In this document: one piece after another, positions 1 through 6,180 of the stretch
How positions within the stretch are numbered: position 1 is the stretch's first letter
Layout: each line of letters starts with the position of its first letter
Translations under genes and position numbers: made by a program
The notes under the pieces: model-generated
The model's database searches: none
Told to the model about the DNA's origin: nothing
What the model saw: only the letters and a program-made list of their open reading frames with translations
DNA from: Candidatus Iainarchaeum sp.
GTDB taxonomy: Archaea; Iainarchaeota; Iainarchaeia; JAGGVJ01
NCBI GenBank assembly: GCA_021158055.1
Contig: JAGGVJ010000006.1
Span: 1-10,569 of the forward strand
Length of the DNA stretch: 10,569 nt
Direction: 5' to 3'

Positions 1-442
1 CTGTTTCCATCAAGCTTTTCAAATTAAGCGCTTTTTGCACGGCTCCCGCTGACCTTGCCTGCAGTTCACCCTGTCCTTTTGGACTGTTCAGGTACGCAAC
101 GACAATTTCCGGAAGAATTTCATCATTGAGTTTGAATGCAATCAGGTTTGCGCTGATTACAAAGTCTTTGATTGATTCGTCAGCTATTGCTGTTTTAAAT
201 GATGAACCTTTTATAGAAATAATGATGTCATTGGGTTCAATCTTTGTCTTGTCAAGAGCACTTGCATCTTTTACATGGATCATGCTGACTGTTGAAGCAT
301 CTACCCCGCCATCCCTGATATTCCCAATATTAATAAATGGAATCTCATCGCCTTCTTTTTGAAGATAGTATGAGGACAAGCCACGCTTCACTGACACAAC
401 AAGGTCTTGCAGTATTTTTGTTGATATTTTATTACTAACCAT
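1..442 (-). CDS. Type I restriction-modification specificity subunit (HsdS/TRD)-like protein, partial (runs off window start)
   Basis: Manual translation from ATG at 442 is open to base 1: MVSNKISTKILQDLVVSVKRGLSSYYLQKEGDEIPFINIGNIRDGGVD...KIEPNDIIISIKGSSFKTAIADESIKDFVISANLIAFKLNDEILPEIVVAYLNSPKGQGELQARSAGAVQKALNLKSLMET. It shows the IPFI-x-IGNI, (G/N)DIIIS, PE-xx-AYLNS and G-xx-QK-xLN motif order typical of Methylase_S target-recognition domains. It is absent from the ORF track because no stop lies in the window. Confidence 0.8.
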   Translation of the reverse strand, partial: MVSNKISTKILQDLVVSVKRGLSSYYLQKEGDEIPFINIGNIRDGGVDASTVSMIHVKDASALDKTKIEPNDIIISIKGSSFKTAIADESIKDFVISANLIAFKLNDEILPEIVVAYLNSPKGQGELQARSAGAVQKALNLKSLMET

Positions 443-658
443 TTGGTATCACAGTAGATATGTATTTATTGTACAATATAAAGTTATCGAACAGTCCGGC
501 AGGCAACCTTATCTGAACATCGCTTCTTAACACCCACACAATGAACGGAACGAAACAAAGACAAAACTAAAAAACCAACGGCTTGCTGATTTTTAAGTTG
601 GCGATTATAATTATTAGTCCTGCCTATTTGTTATCAGTTGTCAACCTTTGACCACTGC

Positions 659-1618
659 TTACTGCTTTTCCATGCCCTTCAAAAGACGGTCCCGCACAGC
701 GCCAAAAATCACGGGCAAGGCAATCGTAACTTCGCTTGTCAAAAAAACAGTGGTGCTTTTCGAGGTAGTCTTTCCCCAGGAAATCGCCTCTTCAAGGGAC
801 GCGCCGCTCAAACCCCCTGTTTCCTCGCGGTCAAGCGAAATCTGGACAACGTACTTGTGAGGGTGGTCGGCAAACAATGCCGCCTGCATGCAGTAATTTT
901 TAGGCACGCCGCCGCCGAGAATTATCAGCCCTGTGCTCTTGTCATTTGCCCGCGCGTCGTAAGCAATGTCAATTATTTCCTGCAGGTTTTCCATGGCGTC
1001 AACCACAATCTTTTTTTCCTGCCAAAACATCCAGACCTGAAAACCCAAAATCGAGTCATCGATTGCGGGAACAAACAAAGGCACGTTGTTTTCAAAGCAC
1101 TTGCGCACAAAAGAATCTTTGTCTTCAATATGCCTACCGATCTCATGCATCAGGACGGCGGAAGACACGTTTTTCCCCTTTAGGTCAACGTGAACTTTTG
1201 AAAGAATATCCTGCAACTTTTTTTCAAACACGACCCCTGACTCGTCAGGCGTGATTATGTCATAAAGCCTGCTTGTGCCAGCCTCCCTGAGTTCCTGGTC
1301 AGAGTTTCCCTTGTATTCAAAGTACTCTTCTTTTCCAAGAGAAATCTGCAGGTCGTGGGTGAGGTTTGCTCCCGTGCTCACGACAACATCAATCCAACCT
1401 TCATCAACCATTTCGCCCAATATCCCCCTCATGCCCGCGGGAACGATTGCGCCCGCCATTGCAAGGTAATTCGTATGGTTTTTTTCCCGCACCATCCCTT
1501 CAACAGCACCCGCTGCCTTTGCAAGCTTTCCTGCCTGAAAAGCTTTCTTTGAGTAAAAATCAGCAAGCTCGGACACAGTTGCATTGCTCTTAAGGGAAGA
1601 ATGCTCAATCAAAGCCAT
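659..1618 (-). CDS. dys: Deoxyhypusine synthase
   Basis: 319 aa. Motifs include AFQAGKL, MAGAIVPAGMR, VSTGANLTHD, PAIDDSILG, ILGGGVPKN and GGLSGASLEEAISWGK, which retains the catalytic Lys. Confidence 0.95.
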   Translation of the reverse strand: MALIEHSSLKSNATVSELADFYSKKAFQAGKLAKAAGAVEGMVREKNHTNYLAMAGAIVPAGMRGILGEMVDEGWIDVVVSTGANLTHDLQISLGKEEYFEYKGNSDQELREAGTSRLYDIITPDESGVVFEKKLQDILSKVHVDLKGKNVSSAVLMHEIGRHIEDKDSFVRKCFENNVPLFVPAIDDSILGFQVWMFWQEKKIVVDAMENLQEIIDIAYDARANDKSTGLIILGGGVPKNYCMQAALFADHPHKYVVQISLDREETGGLSGASLEEAISWGKTTSKSTTVFLTSEVTIALPVIFGAVRDRLLKGMEKQ

Positions 1619-2211
1619 TAATCCATCAACTCGTCAGTCATGCAATTTTTCCCTGTCCTTTCAACCACTATTTCGCAGTACTCGTCGCCTTTTGAAACAC
1701 ACTTTTCCTCTCTCCCGTCAATGCTTACCTTGGGGTGGTTGTGGTTAATGCATTTTTCAAGCGAGTACTTCAATATTCCCGCAACTCCCCCGACCCAGTA
1801 CTGGCACGACGAAACACCTGTTTTTCCAAGGCTTTCCGCTTCAAGTGAATTTTCAATCCTTACGACAATGCACGGCTTATCAAAATCCAGTTCTTCAATG
1901 AAAAAATCCCCCCATCCTCGCGCGTGAGCCATTTCAAGATATTTTTCCATTATGATTTTGCAGTTGCAGTCAAGATTCTTATCAAATTTAAGGTTTTTGC
2001 CGTAATTTTTTGCATATTCAAACGCCGCTTCAAAACCAATCTGCCTTCTTACAGACTGCGCGCCCTTCAGGCCAAGTTTGGATTTCAGCACTTCCTCGTT
2101 GATACTCGCAATGAAATCCGCAGGCACCACAACAACCCTTTTTTCAAACAGGCGAATGACCCCGCCCTTATACACCTCGTAAGGCAATTTAATATCTTTT
2201 TCCAGATCCAA
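1618..2211 (-). CDS. V4R-domain protein
   Basis: Motifs ARGWG, ENSLEA, CQYWVGGVAG and EEKCVSKGDEYCE match the V4R pattern. The start is placed at the in-frame TTG at 2211, just downstream of an SD-like GGAGGGTGG. ATG 2271 is the alternative, and the track start at 2376 abuts the tRNA. The stop overlaps the dys start (TAATG). Confidence 0.8.
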   Translation of the reverse strand: MDLEKDIKLPYEVYKGGVIRLFEKRVVVVPADFIASINEEVLKSKLGLKGAQSVRRQIGFEAAFEYAKNYGKNLKFDKNLDCNCKIIMEKYLEMAHARGWGDFFIEELDFDKPCIVVRIENSLEAESLGKTGVSSCQYWVGGVAGILKYSLEKCINHNHPKVSIDGREEKCVSKGDEYCEIVVERTGKNCMTDELMD

Positions 2212-2380
2212 GCAACCACCCTCCTTTGAACAGTGACCAATCACACGGCAATCACTGCTTAACAACACCATGCGCAGACAATCACTACTTGACAGCAATG
2301 ATATAATTAGTTTGCTGAAAACAAAAATAAATGCATCTGTACCAATCAACCGCAGTTCAATGCTGTGAAAAAACAAGTGA

Positions 2381-2482
2381 TGGGAAGGGAGGGCTTCGAT
2401 CCCTCGACGCCTCGGTCTTCAGCCGAGTGCTCTCCTTAACCAAGATACTGTTCAAGCATCTTTCAGGCTGAGCTACCTTCCC
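2381..2482 (-). tRNA. tRNA-Phe(GAA) with 28-nt intron (2436-2463) in the D-loop
   Basis: Minus strand reads GGGAAGG TA GCTC AGCCTG[AAAGATGCTTGAACAGTATCTTGGTTAA]GGA GAGC A CTCGG CT GAA GA CCGAG GCGTC GAGGG ATCGAAG CCCTC CCTTCCC A. All four stems pair after intron removal. The anticodon is at 2420-2418 and no CCA is encoded. Confidence 0.93.
2436..2463 (-). other. Non-canonical tRNA intron (position 18/19) with bulge-helix-bulge motif
   Basis: Outer helix CTC/GAG, 4-bp central helix AGCC/GGTT, 3-nt bulges TGA and AAG, and intron stem AAGATGCT/AGTATCTT with loop TGAAC. Cutting after the second bulge base (TG|A, AA|G) restores the D-arm GCTCAGCCTGGGAGAGC. Confidence 0.9.
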
Positions 2483-2568
2483 AAAAAAACATCAACTAAA
2501 TTAAGATTAAACAATAATGTCCAACATACTTATCTTGTTTTATCTTTTTATCTTTTATCATAAACCTG

Positions 2569-3507
2569 TCACAGTTCATTCAACGCGGATTCAAGCGGAG
2601 GAATCACCTGTTTTTTTCTTGAAAGCATTCCCTTTACAACCAGCGAGTTGTTCTGCGGCCTTGCCCCAAACGCTTTTTCAATGACGCCGTCGTTGTCGCA
2701 CTCAATCAAAAGCTCGCTTTCCTCCTTCATGACATCAGTTATCATCAAGACCACTGCAAAAAGACCTTTTTGCTCTTTTTGTTTTCTGACTGCACTCAAC
2801 AATTCAGGTTTTTTTGCTTCAAGCTCCTTGGTATCAACTGTCTCTATCTGGGAAACGGCAATGTTCTTGCCGTTCATTGAATACTCCTTGTAATCCAGAT
2901 TCAAAAGCTCAACAACGGTCTTGCTGCCAAGATCCGATTTTGCTCTCAAAAGCTCAAGCCCGAAACTGTCAATATCAACACCGACGACTTTGGCAAGCCT
3001 CAAAGCAATGTCCCTGTCTTTTTGAGTGCAGGTCGGCGACTTGAAAAGAATCGTGTCTGAAACAATTGACGCAAGCATCAAGCCGGCCATCGGTATTTCA
3101 AGAGGAACTTTTGAGTCAAAATACTTTTCTGCAATCAGCGTGCATGTGCAGCCCACCGGCTCGTTCAGGAAATAAATGGGTTCGCCTGTTGTGAGGTCAC
3201 CTATGTTGTGGTGGTCGACCACTTCAACAACACGGGCAAGTTTTATGTTCTCCGGGGCCTGCTTGAGCTCGCTGTGGTCGACCAGAATAATGCTTTTTCC
3301 TGCCGCATCTTCCATGATTTCAGGCACCGGGACATTGAATCTGGTCAAGACAAACTCTGTTTCCGGGTTTATCTTTCCCTGGATCACCGGCTTGAAGCTT
3401 TTTCCAGTGAGTTCCCTTTTGAGGTTCGCATAGACAATTGCAGCGCAAACAGAGTCGGTGTCCGGGTTCTTGTGCCCCACTACAAAAACAGTTTCATTTT
3501 CGCTCAT
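2569..3507 (-). CDS. ppaC: Manganese-dependent (family II) inorganic pyrophosphatase
   Basis: 312 aa. Motifs include GHKNPDTDS, LVDHSE, VVDHH (DHH), EPVGCTCT, SDTILFKSPT and C-terminal SRKKQ. An SD-like GGTGGT lies upstream of the ATG. Confidence 0.96.
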   Translation of the reverse strand: MSENETVFVVGHKNPDTDSVCAAIVYANLKRELTGKSFKPVIQGKINPETEFVLTRFNVPVPEIMEDAAGKSIILVDHSELKQAPENIKLARVVEVVDHHNIGDLTTGEPIYFLNEPVGCTCTLIAEKYFDSKVPLEIPMAGLMLASIVSDTILFKSPTCTQKDRDIALRLAKVVGVDIDSFGLELLRAKSDLGSKTVVELLNLDYKEYSMNGKNIAVSQIETVDTKELEAKKPELLSAVRKQKEQKGLFAVVLMITDVMKEESELLIECDNDGVIEKAFGARPQNNSLVVKGMLSRKKQVIPPLESALNEL

Positions 3508-3575
3508 TCAAACCACCATCTTATCCTGAATATCATCTTGAATACATTGATTTTTGAAAAACTTTAATTTTAAAA

Positions 3576-3648
3576 TGGGCCCGACCGGAATCGAACCGGT
3601 GATTCCCGCCATGTAAAGGCGGTGTCATAGCCGCTAGACCACGAGCCC
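3576..3648 (-). tRNA. tRNA-Val(TAC), intronless
   Basis: Minus strand reads GGGCTCG TG GTCTAGCGGCTATGAC A CCGCC TT TAC AT GGCGG GAATC ACCGG TTCGATT CCGGT CGGGCCC A. It forms a cloverleaf with anticodon at 3615-3613 and no encoded CCA. Confidence 0.96.
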
Positions 3649-3793
3649 GAAAAACAAATCAAGACCACGAGTCTGTTTCCGGATATGCTTTTTTACTTAA
3701 AGATAATAATCTGTCAACAAAGTTATTAAAGTTAATCAAAAGCAATTACGTAAACAAAAGTAACTATTTAAACAAACGCAAACCTTGTTTTTC

Positions 3794-4063
3794 ATGCCTA
3801 ATCTGCAGGAAATTGAAAAGGAAATTGAAAAAATAAAAGAAAGAAACAAGCAAGTTGAAATCAACAAAACATGGGAGACCAGCAATACAAGAAAAATCCT
3901 GCTTATCACATTCACATACATTGCAATCGGGTTTTATCTCCAGGCAATCGAAATACCCGACCCCTGGCTGAACGCAATTGTGCCTGCAGTTGCCTTCTTC
4001 CTGTCAACACTGACACTTCCTTTTTTCAAAAAACTGTGGCTGAATTACATCTACAAAAAATAA
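3794..4063 (+). CDS. Small membrane protein (N-terminal coiled coil plus two hydrophobic segments), function unknown
   Basis: 89 aa from ATG 3794. A charged helix EIEKEIEKIKERNKQVE...WETSNTRK is followed by hydrophobic stretches and PWLNAIVP...LSTLTLP. From memory it resembles a hypothetical family in small-genome archaea and bacteria, which is not verified. An AT-rich TTTAAA lies upstream. Confidence 0.75.
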   Translation: MPNLQEIEKEIEKIKERNKQVEINKTWETSNTRKILLITFTYIAIGFYLQAIEIPDPWLNAIVPAVAFFLSTLTLPFFKKLWLNYIYKK

Positions 4064-4183
4064 CAAAAACCACGATTGCAACAACTGCAATGCCAACATA
4101 TATGGTTATCGGGAAAAGTTTTGCGACCGGCTTAAGCAAACATTTTTAAACAATATTTCATTTCTATATAAATAGTGATATTC

Positions 4184-4666
4184 ATGCACAAAGTAATTCA
4201 CATCAGTATCGGGAACAAAAGACTTCACCTGCCAAAACTCCTTGGGGCATTGATGGTGTTCGGCGCACTGTTCAAATTCGTGGAATCAGTGATGGTCATC
4301 TCAATGAAATCAGACGTGTTAAACAATCTTTTAACGCGCGATTTGAATCCGATGCAGGCAATACAGTTTCAGGGAATACTCAACATCAATTACATGCCGA
4401 TGGGGTGGGGCGACGCACTCATGATTCTTTCCGGCTCAATCGGCGACTCACTTTTCTGGCTCTCGCTGTTTGTAATCGGCCTGATTCTCTACAACACTGG
4501 GCGAATCAACATACCTGTCGAAGAAGAAGTATATAACATCCCGGAAACAGAAGAAGAAGTAAAAAGAATAATCGAAAGAGCACCTGTTAAGCCAAAAAAA
4601 ATACCTGTTGCAAAAAGGCCTGTTAAAAAGTCAGGCGCGAAAAAATCCACTTCAAAGAAAAGATAA
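4184..4666 (+). CDS. Hypothetical membrane protein with Lys-rich C-terminal tail
   Basis: 160 aa from ATG 4184 (GTG 4175 is an alternative). It has two hydrophobic segments (LLGALMVFGALFKF and LFWLSLFVIGLILY), an acidic patch and a basic tail KPKKIPVAKRPVKKSGAKKSTSKKR. Confidence 0.75.
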   Translation: MHKVIHISIGNKRLHLPKLLGALMVFGALFKFVESVMVISMKSDVLNNLLTRDLNPMQAIQFQGILNINYMPMGWGDALMILSGSIGDSLFWLSLFVIGLILYNTGRINIPVEEEVYNIPETEEEVKRIIERAPVKPKKIPVAKRPVKKSGAKKSTSKKR

Positions 4667-4674
4667 ACCAAGAT

Positions 4675-4710
4675 TCTGCTTCAAAGAAAAGACAAAGCAG
4701 ACCTCTTTTT
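4675..4710 (+). terminator. Possible hairpin plus T-tract between convergent genes
   Basis: Inverted repeat TCTGCTT (4675-4681) / AAGCAGA (4695-4701) followed by CCTCTTTTT. Confidence 0.3.
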
Positions 4711-4746
4711 CAAAATCAAAAAGTGTATTCGAGCCGACACGCAAAC

Positions 4747-6180
4747 TTATATAAAGTAATTCTTATCCCCTAACTTTTTCTCAAAATCACTTCTAAGCCC
4801 GTTTGAAACAGAACCGTACCTGTAAACAATCTGTTCCTCAATTGAAACAGATTTTTTTACGGCTTCCTTCACATCGCTTCTTTCAATCAGTTTCCTGTCT
4901 TCCGCGACAGCCATGTCACCGGCCATCCTGACTATGCCGCCCATGGAACGCAAACGCAAAGTTATGCTTTTTTTCGCGCCCTCCATTACTTTTGCTCTCT
5001 TGCATGCATCCTTCAAAAGTTCATCTACCGCTGCAGAAGAAGCGTGGGGAATCGAATTGTCTTTTCTTATCTCCTGCGCCACAAAAAAAGCAAATTTTTC
5101 CCTGTTTTCTTTTGTGTCAGGCATGAAAGTGTTGAGCAAAATTTCATAGCCGTTTCCTGTAATCCTTGAGCGAAGCGCCGGGTTTATTTCCTCAACCTGC
5201 ACTATGTTTGAAGCGGCAACAAGCATGAAATCACAGGGCACGTCAATAACTTTCACTGACGCGCCGGCGCTCTGCGGGTTCTTTCCGACAATAGAAAATG
5301 TTTTTTTCTGCATTGCCGTAAGAAGCGACCTCTGCAAATCCCTGATGTGACTGATCTCATCAATGAAAAGAACCCCCTCGTGACTCTCGTGAACTGCTCC
5401 CGGAACAACCCTCTCAAACGGGAGAACCCCGTACTCTCCCCCTCCGTAAGGGTCATGTCTCACATCTCCCAAGATCTCGGTTTCACTTGCTCCCGTGGCT
5501 TCAACAAAAGGGCTTCTTTCAAGCGGAACAAGTACTGCCTCGGCATAATCTTCAAGTTCTTCCTGTTTTTTGATTGCTTTTTCACCAAACCTGAGAAGGG
5601 TTCTTTCCCCGTGCCTCTGGTACACACACCTTTCCTTTTTTCCGGAGGGAAGAGACTGAGTCATCTCAACACTTGCCCTCAGGGTTGAAATCTCTGACGG
5701 GATAATTTTTTTCAAGGCATCTTCAATGGACGCGTCACTTGCAGAACCAAACTTGTCTTTTCCACATTGAGGGCAACTCTCTTCATTTGGAGAACTGAGG
5801 GTCCCGCAGTTACTGCAGCGATAACCAAGAATTTCCGTGACTTTTCTGGGCGCTTTTTCAACCCTGACAAGCGAACCGCCTGCATCAGCCATCTTTTTTT
5901 CAAATGCCCTTATTTGCTTTTCGTTCCTGACAACCACAGTCGGCCTCTGGGGATTATCCGGGTTGTTGACTACAAACAAAGCATGCTCTGGCTTTGGCAA
6001 AAGCGACGCAATACCATCCCCGATCATGGATTTTCCAATACCAGGGGGGCCGACCAAAAGCAGATTTCTCCTTTGCCTGGCTGCAATCTTTGCAATTTCC
6101 ACTGCATTCTCCTGGCCGATTACCTGTTCAAGAGGGGTTTTTTTAATCCTTAATTCTTTTGTTGACTCAAACTTCCGCAT
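4747..6180 (-). CDS. LonB-like AAA+ ATPase with Zn-ribbon insert and no C-terminal protease domain
   Basis: 477 aa. It has the LonB-type N-terminus QVIGQENAV, Walker A GPPGIGKS, LGDVRHDPY, RVVPGAVHESHEGVLFIDEI (Walker B), QSAGASVK, LVAASN, PALRSRI and TLRLRSMGGIVR. A CSNC-x10-CPQC insert is present. The ORF stops about 25 aa after the AAA+ lid. Confidence 0.9.
   Translation of the reverse strand: MRKFESTKELRIKKTPLEQVIGQENAVEIAKIAARQRRNLLLVGPPGIGKSMIGDGIASLLPKPEHALFVVNNPDNPQRPTVVVRNEKQIRAFEKKMADAGGSLVRVEKAPRKVTEILGYRCSNCGTLSSPNEESCPQCGKDKFGSASDASIEDALKKIIPSEISTLRASVEMTQSLPSGKKERCVYQRHGERTLLRFGEKAIKKQEELEDYAEAVLVPLERSPFVEATGASETEILGDVRHDPYGGGEYGVLPFERVVPGAVHESHEGVLFIDEISHIRDLQRSLLTAMQKKTFSIVGKNPQSAGASVKVIDVPCDFMLVAASNIVQVEEINPALRSRITGNGYEILLNTFMPDTKENREKFAFFVAQEIRKDNSIPHASSAAVDELLKDACKRAKVMEGAKKSITLRLRSMGGIVRMAGDMAVAEDRKLIERSDVKEAVKKSVSIEEQIVYRYGSVSNGLRSDFEKKLGDKNYFI

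Noticed and set aside
126-362. 78-aa plus-strand ORF
   Set aside because: It is the antisense shadow of the HsdS-like frame.
638-1552. Several plus-strand ORFs over dys, and similar ones over ppaC, the ATPase and pth2
   Set aside because: All lie opposite confidently identified genes and show no family motifs.
2212-2376. N-terminal extension of the V4R ORF given in the track
   Set aside because: It starts 5 nt from the tRNA 3' end and contains a local DNA duplication. An SD-like GGAGGGTGG precedes the internal TTG at 2211.
3576-4746. Integrated mobile element at tRNA-Val
   Set aside because: There is no integrase or transposase and no duplicated tRNA 3' end (att site). Only a 10-nt match to the 5' part exists.
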